Source of the DNA: Macrostomum lignano
Lineage: Eukaryota
Length of the DNA stretch: 64,000 nucleotides
Direction: 5' to 3'
Assembly: GCA_002269645.1 (NCBI GenBank)
Contig: NIVC01002216.1
Coordinates: forward strand, 1 to 64,000
Position 1 is the first letter of the stretch. Every line of letters starts with the position of its first letter. The notes under the pieces are model-generated. The model did no database searches. It was not told where the DNA came from and was given only the letters and a program-made list of their open reading frames with translations. A program made the translations under genes and the position numbers. Shown piece by piece: positions 22,222-59,624 of this stretch.

Positions 22222-23442
22222 ATGACTGGAACCGACCGCTGCCCAATCGTGTTTGACACCGGTTCGAGGGAGTGCAGATTCGGATTAGGTGGAATGAAGC
22301 ACGATAAACCTCGTTATTTCTACTCGATGGCTCCTAGACGAACCGATCAAAAGGTACAAAAGCGATGAAACTGAGAGTTTAATTTAGTTCTCATGTATAA
22401 CTTTTCTTCAACTGACTTCAATTCATTCCAGGACGCTGTTGTTGACCAGAACGACAATTACATCAGTTCAAATGTACACAAGAAGCAGAGCGACCTCCCA
22501 CTGGTGAGCCCGATCGAGCGCGGCGTTGTGATCAATTGGGACGACATGGAGAAGATCTGGCACCATGCGTTTTACGACAAGCTCTCCGTGGCCCCAGAGG
22601 AGCACCCGGTGGTCCTGACGGAGCCGCCGCTCAATCCGAAAGCCAACCGCGAGACAATGGCGCAGGTCATGTTCGAGACCTTCAACGTCCCATCGATTTA
22701 CATTGGCTTGTCGCCCATAATGGCACTGTATGCAAATTGCCTTTGGACCGGTATCGTACTGGAATCCGGCGACGGCATCTCAACGGCCATGCACGTCTAC
22801 GACAACGAGATCCTCCCAAATACGACTTTTCGACTGGACCTGGCAGGCCGCGACCTCACCGACAACCTGGCGCAGATGCTAAATGAGCGCGGCTACAGCT
22901 TCACCAGCAACACCGAGCGCAAGATCGTCCGCGACATCAAGGAGAAGCTGTGCTACGTCGCCATGGACTTCGAAAAAGAGATGCAGACAGCCGCCAGCAG
23001 CAGATCCCTGAAGAAGAGCTACAAGCTGCCCGACGGTCGGGTGATCACCATCGGCAACGAGCGCTTCCGGTGCGCCGAGACCCTGTTCCAGCCGTCTTCT
23101 TTTAAAATGGGGAAGTCAGGAATCCAGCAGATTCTAATAAGTAGCATTCTGACCGCTGACGAGGGAGTAAGGGACACCCAATTCCAGCAAACCATCGTGC
23201 TAACCGGAGGCTCAATGCGTTTCAAGGGTACAAAGCAACGCCTACAGAAAGAGCTGGCCTACCTGGCGCCACCCAACTTAAGATTCAACATTTTGGCCCC
23301 AACGCAGCCCAACTTCGACGTCTGGTTCGGAGCCTCCAAGTTGCCAACTATAAGCTTTGGCAAGCCATTGCGCATCTCCAAGACAGATTATGAAGAGTCT
23401 GGCCCAACCGTTGCGCACATCGGAGCGATAGCGGAACATTAA
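22222..23442 (+). CDS. Divergent actin-like protein, 380 aa, 2 exons
   Basis: Exon 1 22222-22353 (MTGTDRCPIVFDTGSRECRFG..., matching the actin DNGSGMCKAG phosphate loop). A 78-nt GT-AG intron lies at the actin codon 41/42 position. Exon 2 22432-23442 contains NWDDMEKIWHH, PEEHPVVLTEPPLNPKANRE, RLDLAGRDLTD, IVRDIKEKLCYVA and LPDGRVITIGNERFRC. The frame is intact to TAA. Confidence 0.95.
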
Positions 23443-26208
23443 TTTCCTTTATTTAAGTCTATTTCATGCAGTTTACGACGCGTTACTATAAGAGCCGATT
23501 GCAACACGGCTACAGGAACAACAATTTGAAGCAATTAACTTAAGCATATTAAGATTTTCTTTGATTTTAGTCCCCACCGGTTGACTGACACGTTCGTTCT
23601 TTAAAAATTCGTTGCACGTTCGTAGTACTTTTGCCGATTTTTATTCATCTCATCAAATAGATTTTATACCAAATTCTTATGATATTGTTCGATCATTTTA
23701 ATTAGTTTTTAGCCCTCTATGCTAATTTTCTTTCAAGCCAGACGCCTCGTACGTTGCAATTAGTAAATTTTGAACAAAAAAGTATTTAACGCAGATAAAA
23801 CTCGAACCATCAGTAGCTCGCAGTTGGCAAGTACGGTTGTAACTTGTGGGGTCGTATATATTCCTAGAAATTTCTGTACATAAAGTGTTATCATACGTAC
23901 ATTACGAGTGTATGTAAGCCACCTATATACTCACCGTATACTAAATCTCTCAGATCTTCATAGTTCTTAACCAGCGGATTATGTGTGCATGAAGCTGTCA
24001 ATTAATCTAACGTATAAGTTTGTGTTGGCGATTTTGCACGATTTTTCCTGATTTAATTATGAGTTGGAACTACTTGAGACGTATCTCCTTTAATTACATG
24101 TATTACAACTTAAAAAACACATTAAGCATAGTCGATTCTTAGTATAAGTAGGTTTCAACGGCAATAAAACTAGATATATTCTATTAGGAATAAATTATAC
24201 ACAAGTACGAGCGTGCAGGTGTACTAAAAGTCCCAAGTCGTCCTTGAATAAAGTCATGATACATTAAAATATTTTCATGTTTCTTTACGGTGTGGTAAGT
24301 ACAAAAAATACAAGCAGATATCAATTAGTCTGGATTTTAGTCTGGAACAATATCGTTTCGGCTTGGAGGCGAGTCATATATGGGCCATGCCATCAAAGGT
24401 GATAATTAATACATTATAGGTAAGCGACCGTATGTTGTACATATAGCGACAACAGCTGAGGGAACATCTTGTTGCTACGTGGATGCAAAAATATATTGTA
24501 TTTTCGATCTGCACTTTACTACCACACGCCCTGTATACATACGAGCGTACGTCAAAAATTAGGGTTAAACATTTTAATGCATCACAAGGAAAGTTTTCTT
24601 ATGTTTGTCCGTCATTACATAATCCACATGCCTAAGCTCCTAAAAGATTACCGCAAAAAAACTATGAATTTATTATTCTAAAAAGTCTTTTTCTCGAATT
24701 TTTTAGCTATATACTTGCGGCTGTATCCATTCATTTGTTTAACTAGATGTACGCGGAAAAGTTTTTAAAAAGGACGTCCACGTTTCGGGCTAAGATATTA
24801 CTATCTCGCGATTGTGGTGACGACCAATAGCCTGAGTACATGAGCTGAGCAGCTAAAACGTAAGAAAGCAGCCCATTACTAGCTTAATTGTTTTCATTTC
24901 AAGCACTTTCTAATAGTTTTGTACCCAAAAGTGTTGTATCACCTATTGATTGTCGTTGTTCATTGATATAATGATGTTGATGGCTCGTGGTTATTTTGAT
25001 TAACTATATTCTATTATTGTCAATTGAATTCTCAGTATGGCAAAAACTATACAGATTTAGAATTTGTAAAAATAACCCCTAGCACGCTAATTTTAATTTC
25101 ACGCAGCTAAAAATTGTTCTTAGTGTGGAAAACGCTATATACTCGTATAAAGCTATGTTCTATGATACCAACTCATACAATAACATAATAAAGGCTGTTA
25201 TGGAGACACTAATTATAATGTGTTCAGCAATTTTTCTTGGTTAAGTAGTGTGTTAATATGCTAAAATATTTCAGATTCAAGTTTTTTACTCTTCTACTAA
25301 AACATGAATGAAACAAGGGTCTAAAATTTAATATTTATCTTGTATCCTTTAGGTCTCATAAAATAGTCATTCTCTATGATATTTAGTGTTTAGTGATTTG
25401 ATATTCATAGTTAAATGTCATTTTCAACTAATATTGTCTTCTATCAACTTTTGTAGTATATATATTTTAAAATATAGCTTTTTAGCAAAAGTTGATTACT
25501 TTATTTTTGCATAGTAACCCTTCCTTATATATTTTATAGTATATATGCCAATTGTTGCAGTGTTATAAAAATATAAAACTATTGTATATGTAATTATTCC
25601 CTAAGATTTTTTGGTTAATAATTTTTTTTGATAACTTTATATCATAGTCATATTATATGCTAATAACTATTGGATTTTATTCTACTCTAATAAAGTCATT
25701 GTTCATTTTTTGATATTTTTAGCTTTTTTGAGAAAGAATTTTTCTTGATAAATTTGTATCATAGTCATTTCATATGCTCATAACTATTAGATTTTATCCT
25801 AACATACCTTTGATGAATGATTCTAGATATAAAAAACTATTAAAAATAAAATGATTTGAAATAATTCAAACAAAATTTTTTGGCCACTTAGCCATACAAG
25901 CTACTAAACTAACTGCAAGTAACTGCAACCTAAAATTTAGGGATTCAATGTGCAGCATAAAATGGTGTAGATAAGTTGATTACAATAAATTTATTGTTTC
26001 TAAAGAGCACAAATTTATTATAGTTTTGGTATTTACGAGTACCTAATAGCAAAATTATATATGCTATCTTAGCTTATTTTCTAAAAGATTTTATAATAAA
26101 AGGCTAAGTAGGAAAGTGCTTGAATATTTTTTACTTTTATCTTTTAATTTGGTTTTCAGTGTGACTTTTCCAACAAAAACATTAATTAAATTTCACAATT
26201 TTAGCAAA

Positions 26209-28848
26209 ATGTCAGATTGGCAGGAGCTCATGAACTTCAATGCACCCAACAGCAATGATTTCCTTGCTGTGAGCAGAGAATTTTTCAAAAGTCATGAGGA
26301 ACTTCCAGACTCCACTACTCATAAATGTAAGTTGTAGAATTAAATCATGTTGTCAAAGGGTTTGGTTTTCTATGTAGCAACTTCAATTCAAATTTGAGTG
26401 ACAGGGTTCAACAAAAAAATCAAAGCCTATTTAGCTTAAAACTAGAACTTGAGCTCCTTTTCACTAGGAAAAAAATCAAATCAAATTTACCTGTCAATTT
26501 TGTTATATTCCCAAGCAATCATACAGTGTATCTGAACAGTTTAATGGCAGTTGATAATTTGTATTATTTTTCTAGTTGAACCTTTTTGCAGTTTAGAAAC
26601 AAAATGCATGCTTGGCAATACAAGTTGGCAGGCTTTGGGTATGGCATGTTTAGCATTCTGTTAGCAGTTTAGCCGGGAATTCACCACTATATATGCAACC
26701 TTTGTGTCTCAGTACTGCCCCTTAAAGCATCTCAGCCTTTCTTGGTGAGCCTTGACATCTCAGCCCTTCTTGAGCCTTGGCATCTCAGGCCTTCTTGATG
26801 AGCCTTGGCATCTCAGCCCTTCTTGGTGAGCCTTGGCATCTCAGCCCTTCTTGGTGAGCCTTGGCATCTCAGCCCTTCTTGATGAGCATTGGCATCTCAG
26901 CCCTTCTTGAGCCTTGGCATCTCAGCCCTTCTAGATGAGCATTGGCATCTCAGCCCTTCTTGGTGAGCCTTGGCATCTCAGGCCTTCTTGATGAACCTTG
27001 GCATCTCAGCCCTTCTTAATGAACCTTGGCATCTCAGCCCTTCTTGGTGAACCTTGGCATCTCAGCCCTTCTTGATGAGCCTTGGCATCTCAGCCCTTCT
27101 TGAGCCTTGGCATCTCAGCCCTTCTTAATGAGCCTTGGCATCTCAGCCCTTCTTGATGAGCCTTGGCATCTCAGCCCTTCTTAATGAGCCTGTTGCGGGT
27201 TGATTCCCAATTTGGTTCATTCTCAATCTCATAAATGCTATTAGTTTGTCTGTTGCTCTTTCTTAGCTGGTTCCCATAGCAACACAAGCAGCGGCAGCGG
27301 CGGCTACCGGAGCGATCCCAGCAGCCCCAGCAGTCTCACCAGCCGCGAGAGCCGCGGCGGCGTCGGCAGCAGCGGCAGCAGCGGTTGCGGCGACCTGCGC
27401 GACCGCGTGTCCAGCAATGGCGGCACCATTATCCTCGGCAGCCGAGTTTTCCTCTGCCCGACTGAGACGGCCGTTGACGGCGACTCGGCGATGACCTACG
27501 AGGAAGCCTCCGAGCAGCTGCAGCTGCCGATGCTGGAGTGAGTGAGAAGTTGAGAACCGCTTTGCTGCAACAACAGCTTTTAGTCTAATTATTGGCTTAC
27601 CTGATCTCCCAAACATTTTTTCAGCCTGTCGCAGGACGAGCTGGGCGGTCTGAAGCAATGGGCGGAGCAGGTGGCTCTGTGGCGCATGGCCTGCGACTCT
27701 GTGCTGAAGGAGATGGTAGGCACGGGAGTTCTAGCTATATAGCAAACAGTTTTCCCATATCTCTAATACATAGTTATCAAAGTAGATTATATAAACTGGA
27801 TACAACTTTAACATGTATTTTATGATCTCTAAATCCTAAAATACCTAATTTTGAGCCCCTGGGTATTCTGATCCTCATTCCAGTCTGAGGATTCTGTTCC
27901 TCATTCTAGTCTGGGGATTCTGATCCTCATTCTAGGCTGGGGATTCTGATCCTCATAAAAGTTTGGGGATTCTGATCCTCATTTCAGTCTGGGGATTCTG
28001 ATCCTCATCCTCATTCTGATCCTCAGTTTGGGGATTTTGATCCTCACTCCAGTTTGGGGATTCTGATCCTCACTCCAGTTTGGGGATTCTGATCCTCACT
28101 CCAGTTTGGGGATTCTGATCCTCATTATAGTTTCGGATTCTGATCCTCATTCCAGTTTGGGATTCTGATCCTCATTATAGTTTCGGATTCTGATCCTCAT
28201 TCCAGTTTGGGGATTCTGATCCTCACTCAAGTTTGGGATTCTGATCCTCGTTCCAGTCTGCGAATTATGGTCCTCATTCCAGTCAAATAATCCCATCGAT
28301 TTTTTTAATGTTCTTTCTTTTCTACTTCCAGGACACAAGGCTTAACCAGTTGGAAGAGTCAAAGGTGAAATCAGAATCTGCTCAAGTCAGCTTGAAGGTG
28401 AGTAGCGAGTTTCGTTAGCACAGTCTAGGGCCTTAGAAACTATTTATTTCTTCTCAATCTTCACTGTGTATTTTGACTTCTAGTGTCCGTTAGTGTATCC
28501 TGTTTATGCAACTGGCTATCTTCCGCTTACTAATCTCTGGCCATTTCCTTTTGAACACCATCAGGCGCAGTTTCATCACGAGCGGAGCAGTGTACAGCAG
28601 ATGGTCGCTCAGCGGGAGAAGGTCACCATGGTGTGAGTTGTGCTCAATTTTAAAATAACTGCGGATTTCCTTGAGGTTGTTTTTTAGCGATCACTGCCGT
28701 TGTTCTCTTGTTTGACGCCGCAGGTTTAGCGCCACCAAAGTGCTGGCTGATCAAACGCAGCAACAGCTGGACGGGATGGCCGGGGATTTGCACGTGAAAA
28801 ATACAGGTGAGCCAGTCAGGGGTTGCCTGCTGCCTGTCTCTGTCTGCC

Positions 28849-28915
<67 letters not shown>

Positions 28916-31345
28916 GTGCGCAGACTGTGCTTGTCCTACATTCCCCTGTATCACCATCCGGTCGGCAGCGGAGCACGCAGAGCTGCAGTCGCTGATGCGG
29001 CTCACAGAAGACACTGGGGCCAAGTTCTTCAACGCCGCCCTATTTGACCGGATCAAAAAGTGCGAAGAGAGGCTGCGCGCGCTGGAGCCGGTTGTGGCCG
29101 CTGCTCGGCAAGGTGAGCTCGGTGGCTCCAAATTTGAGTACTGCTCAGCTGCTAAGCCAGGTGACTTTAAATAAGCAGATATTTTTCTACCATTCGGTTT
29201 TGCACTGCAGAGCATCTGTCAAACCGTCCAGTGGCTGCCAGACTCAAACAGTTGAAATCGCAGGTAGGAGTCCTTATAACTGTGGCAGAGTTTATGCACC
29301 TTCGATCTACTGTTGCGCCAATTACTGCGACTCACGCAGGTGGCCACCCGGCGAGCCGATTTGAGTCGCGCTAGACAGCTCCTGGACAGCCTGACCGCGA
29401 CCTCGGCGACTCAGAGATCGAAGGTGAACCAGATGGGAGCGGCAGGCCGATTGAATCGCGGTAAGAAACTCTGTTAGAAAGGAGACCTGATTGCGCTAGC
29501 AACGCCATGGACAACTCAAGTTCGCAGGACGCCACACGGGGCAAATTGATAGGAAGTTTTCCGTTTTTTTGTCACTGAATTCCCAAATCTTCCGAAATCA
29601 GGGGGAAGTCCGTAGCCCAGTGGTCTGATTTGCCAGCGGCCCAGGCTCGATTCCAAGTGTCACAATAATTTGAGGCTAAATTGGAATCTCTGCTTGGCTC
29701 TGCTCGTGCAATTAACGCCCCTTGAGGACCAACCCCCAAGGCACAGTGAAGTGTACTTGCCTAACGATAAATCAAGTTAGAGTCACTGTCTGTCTGTGTG
29801 CGTATGTGCCTGTGCTTATGATTGCATACGTATCCGCGCGCTTGTGTTCCTGCTCAGGGGACCTAAGAGAAATTGGCACGACTTGCAAGTGTAACGTCCT
29901 TTACTTGAGTTGTCACTGATAGCTGTTGACAGTTGACTACTTAGATAAGTAGTATACTCAAGTTAAAACTCATAACTTTCAGTTGTTGCTAAGCCGTCAT
30001 CAACTGGGCGGTCGCACTGTTGGCAGGAGCAACATCGAGAAGACCGACAGCAGCAGCGGCATCAGCTACGACGGCGGCGGCTGCAGCGGCGTAAGGAGCG
30101 AAAGTGTCGAATATTGAAGCTTAAGCAAGACGAACGGATGTTAAATGAGAAGCTGCAGCGGCTGCGGATACAGCGGCTTAGAATTTTGTCAGGAAGGACA
30201 GCTCAGGTGAGTAGGTTGAGAGGTGTTCAGTAGCTTGAGAAGCTTAATCAGTAACAGTGTCCATAGTCGCCTGGTGCCACCTGCTGAAGGTCCAGCAGCT
30301 CCGCCTACGTAAATGCTAGTGCGGCTGTCGAAGTCACTAAGGGTTGCACACTAGCGCTTATGGAATTATTCAACCTTCTGGCAGAATTGCTGAATATCTT
30401 GACGATCTGGAGGGCTGGCGACTTGATTCTTGTTTGAGAAGGTGCGCAACAAAAATTTAGTCGTGTTCTAAATTTTTGTGTGCCTGCGTTGCTGCACCAA
30501 TGATTTGTGACACATTTAGGGACAGGTGAGAATTAAGCACAGGTGTGCAACCAGTGACTTGTGACACATTTAGGAACATGTAAGAATAGCACAGGTGTGC
30601 AACCAGTAACTTGTGACACATTTAGGCACAGGTGAGAATTAAGCACAGGTGTGCAACCAGTAACTTGTGACACATTTAGGCACAGGTGAGAATTAAGCAC
30701 GGGTGTGCAAACAGTAACTTGTGACACGTAACATGTGCTTATGCCTTTACTTACACCAGTAGCAATGCAAGGCTATTTGCATTCAACCGCAGCGTTCGGC
30801 TCAAGCAGACTCGACTGCCGCTAAATCGGCTCGGATCGCGAAGAAGCGGCGCCGATTGCTCGCTCTGCACCGCCGAATGTCCTCAGCTGTGGACGGCGCC
30901 AACCGCCGATTTAAAGTTGATCGCCTTCGGGCGCGAGTCAAACGCGCCGAAGCTGCCGCGCTGTCCGTAGCGCGCGCCAGGCGTCAGCTGGCTAAACGGC
31001 GCCAACTGCTGGCTGAGGCGCGCCGAGTTGGCGCCATTTTAGACCGGCTGCAGCGCCGCACCGCCGGGAGACGGCAGCTGCGCCGGCTGTTTGCGGACCT
31101 GCGCGAAAGGCTGGAGGGCGCGCTGAGACGGCTGCAGCTGCGGCCGCGTGAGTTTAGTAGCGGGGGTCGCCAGCGCACAACGGAGTGAAGAGGGCTGAGT
31201 TGTGATGGCTTATCATTACATTCATAAATTGCAATCCTCTCCGTCGTTTTTCTTCATTGCAGTCCGACAAGTCAGCCAAAAATGTTCGGAAAATGTCCCT
31301 TCGCGCAGAGTGAAGTCGCGGGCGAAGAATAATAACAAATATTGA
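26209..31345 (+). CDS. Unidentified coiled-coil protein, ~531 aa, 12 exons, with a Ser/Gly-rich N-terminal part and an Arg-rich C-terminal half
   Basis: Fully phase-consistent exons 26209-26326, 27267-27537, 27625-27715, 28332-28397, 28565-28632, 28724-28806, 28969-29112, 29211-29263, 29340-29423, 30027-30206, 30793-31147 and 31263-31345 (1596 nt, no internal stop). Heptad-like helical segments (LFDRIKKCEERLRALEP, LNEKLQRLRIQRL). Confidence 0.8.
26745..27190 (+). repeat. 25-28-bp minisatellite GAGCCTTGGCATCTCAGCCCTTCTTG(A/G)T, ~16 copies
   Basis: Tandem units. The core GAGCCTTG(A/G)CATCTCAG is shared with the Helitron central repeat. Confidence 0.93.
27865..28280 (+). repeat. ~26-bp minisatellite GGGGATTCTGATCCTCA(C/T)TCCAGTTT, ~16 copies
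   Basis: Tandem units in intron 3 of the coiled-coil gene. Confidence 0.9.
28845..28912 (+). repeat. (TCTG)n microsatellite
   Basis: Directly visible, in intron 6 of the coiled-coil gene. Confidence 0.95.
29608..29660 (+). mobile_element. Possible SINE head (pol III A and B boxes)
   Basis: TAGCCCAGTGG (29613-29623) and GGCTCGATTCC (29644-29654). The spacing is short, so support is weak. Confidence 0.3.
30500..30727 (+). repeat. ~54-bp minisatellite, ~4 copies
   Basis: TGTGACAC recurs at 30506, 30560, 30612, 30666 and 30720. Confidence 0.9.
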
Positions 31346-33042
31346 TTTTTTAATAATGGAAGAAGTTTTTTTTCTCGATATGCAACTTGATTTGTAGCAG
31401 CTAAATAAAATAAAATAAAAAAATTAAATATCCTAAAAGTACTTACGTACGCTCGTATATTATTTTGTTTGATACGTTAAATCAAATTCTGTTACTGCTT
31501 TGTAAATACTGCGCACTTGATACAAATATTTTCCATAAGTTTCAAAGCATAATTTCTACTTTAATGATACTGCAAATACACGTTCATAATTTCTAGTATG
31601 GTGACTATTTAAAAACTACTTGTTTTGAGTTAGTGATGGCAAGCAACAAAAAATTCCGGATATTTACGTATGTATAACTGAAAAAATAGATAACATAGTT
31701 AGATAGCTCTTAATTGGTTTAAAAACAGATAAACGAAATTTTCAATTTTTTGTGAATTGATGGTGTAAACCTATCACATTAAATTTATAGAATCCTAATA
31801 TACCTTAATTTAAATAGAATTTTGATAAATTTCTTGATCCTTTCATTTAGGGAAATTAGAGTTGGTATTTAATTCGAAATTATTACTTCTATTTCTGTTT
31901 TTTAGTTGTTAATTGTAACTGAAAATTTCGAATTTTAATTCTTATTTTAAAATAAAAATTATAAAAATTATTGGTTTTTTAGTTAGTAGTTTTAGTTAAT
32001 AACTCAGACGAATTTTCGGGTTTCGTTGTTTAATTTTTATTTTCTGTTGCATTCTGTTGTTTCTGTTGCTAAAGGCTGAAAAACGTGTAAATAAACGCAA
32101 ATGTTTAAACATTTAGTTTTAATGCTTAAATATTGTTTCCAATAATATTGAATTTAGTGCACGAATTTAGTTTTTTGAATATTCATTAAAATTACTCGAT
32201 TACCAGAAGTAACACAAGTAATATTTTATCTATTATACTTCTGTGATGAATTGTACTCGCAACGAAATCGCATTTAATTATCGTGTTACTGTGAATAGTT
32301 TAAAAGAGATTAAAAATAAAGAAACTATTGAAACCATGCAATATTCAAAACAGTGCGATGAATACTTTTAACAAACTAGGTAAACATCTTGCTTGCGTTT
32401 TGTTTTATCGATTAGGACATCGTGCTTTAAATTTAAATTTATCCGTTTCTACGAAACAACGCTAAACCGCGTGGTCCGCTGTGACGGACGCTACACACAG
32501 TGGATAACAGAGAAATACGGCAAATATTTAAGTTTTTACATTAGCTGATAGCTTTGTGGCAAATGCCTGCAAAATCGCAGATCGCTTGCACGGCAGACGC
32601 ACTGGAACTTCTTTTTCAATAGGTATGCTTGTGTAACATTGGAACATTTATAAATTATAGGAACATTCATATATAGAGTCAGTGAGCTTAAATTAGAACT
32701 GTCTTATCTGTGGAATATGAGTAAGATCAGGGCCCCTGCGATTACCATAGATAGATGTGGTAATACGAGTATATCTGAGGTCCCTGGTAAAAGTAGCCTC
32801 TAGAGAATTGTCTATGGTTAAAAGCTGGAAAAATAACACGCAGTAGTCTATCGTCATTCCCCCATTATATGAACGAAAATGCACTCAGTCTTTATTCTCT
32901 CTTGAATCTATCGCCTATCCATAAGCTGTTCCTTTACTAGAAAACAGATTTCGAAAACAAAAACTTAAGCACAGTAAAAACTATACTCTGTTTCTTTTTA
33001 AACAGGTGACGCCTCTGCGAGGCTCTACACAGCAGGGCAGCG

Positions 33043-58214
<25,172 letters not shown>

Positions 58215-58224
58215 GTGAGAGATT

Positions 58225-58900
58225 TTCCAAGAACTATATTGTTTATCTAAGAAACTTCTTTTCTAAGAAACATATTCCTTTTCCAAGAAACACATTTCTT
58301 ATTTAAGAAGCGTTCATTTTTCTAAGAAACATATTTCCTTTCCAAGAATTATATTCCTTTTCTAAGAAACATATTTCCTTTCCAAGAATTATATTCCTTT
58401 TCTAAAAACGTATTTCCTTTCTAAGAACCATATTTTTTCTAAGAAACACATTTCTTTTCTAAGAAACATATTCCTTTTCCAAGAAACACATTTCCTATTT
58501 AAGAAGCGTTCATTTTTCTAAGAAACACATTTCCTTTCCAAGAATTATATTCCTTTTCTAAGAAACATATTTCCTTTCTAAGAATCATACTTTTTCTAAG
58601 AAACACATTTCTTTTTCTAAGAAGTACTCATTTTCTAGGAAACACTTTTTCCTAAGAAAGTATCCATTTTCAAGGAAACACATTTCATTTCTAAGAAACA
58701 TAACCCTTTTCTAAGAAATATATATTTTTGTGTTCCACTTTTCTGAGAAACATATTTCCTTTCTAGGAAGCATTCCTTATAAAGACATTCATTTTCTAAG
58801 AAACAAATTGTTGTGCTCTCCTTCTCTAAGAAACATGTTCCTTTTTTAAGAAACATTTCTTTTCTTAAAAAACATTATTTTTCTAGGAAACATATTCCTT
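58225..58900 (+). repeat. Degenerate AT-rich ~21-22-bp minisatellite TTTTCTAAGAAACATATTCC (Fat intron 9)
   Basis: Recurrent TTTCTAAGAAACA starting ~10 nt after the donor at 58215. Confidence 0.85.
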
Positions 58901-59475
58901 TGCAACTGCACCGTGCCTTTGAAATGACTGCAGTCGGCACATTGCACTGATTCATTAACAAGTTAACAAGTTGCACACTTTGGCCACTCCAACTGTCTGA
59001 GCATTACGTAATCACATTTTGCCGTGCCCAGGGATATTTCTCCAGTTGAAGATTGCCGTCCCCGTTTCGGTTATCAAGTCGGCACCTCTCTCTCTCCCTT
59101 CTCTAAAGCGGTTTTAATGCAGCAAGATTGATTATTCGGGCCGAGTGGCTTCCATCCTAGCTTTCCTTGACTACAAAATAATCGATTTTCTTCGGATGTA
59201 GCAACTCGCCCAAAATTGACCAGCATCATCGCGTGCCATTAGCGCCTATCGTAGATTTTCCCAACTGCCTTATATTTTATATTAGTACAGTAAAAGCAGT
59301 TACTCATTGTGACTTAAATGCATCACGCAGACAAATAAAAATGCAGTTTATTGCCTTTTTTCTTCATTTCGCAGGTCCGGCCGCCAGTTCGGAATGTAAG
59401 TCGAGTTAATTGCAACTTTTTTGTGTTTTAAATTGGTCTGCTGGCGCGAAGACTGACGATTTTAGATTGACGCTT

Positions 59476-59605
59476 TTATTGACGCCTCTGGCTAAAGGTC
59501 GAGTTCCAATTCCGCTTGTATGCAAATAAAGCTTTGATATAGTTAAATGTATCTTGATGGGTTAATTAGGCAATTATCCTGACTGACTGCCTACAGCTTA
59601 GTTGA
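59476..59605 (-). mobile_element. 5'-terminal fragment of the same Helitron family
   Basis: Similar to 60712-60826. The homology begins exactly at A|TCAACTAA on the minus strand (59605). Confidence 0.7.
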
Positions 59606-59624
59606 TAAAAAATAGCCCTTTATA

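Noticed and set aside
27263-27658. Minus-strand Ala-rich ORF
   Set aside because: Antisense shadow of the Ser/Gly-rich exon 27267-27537.
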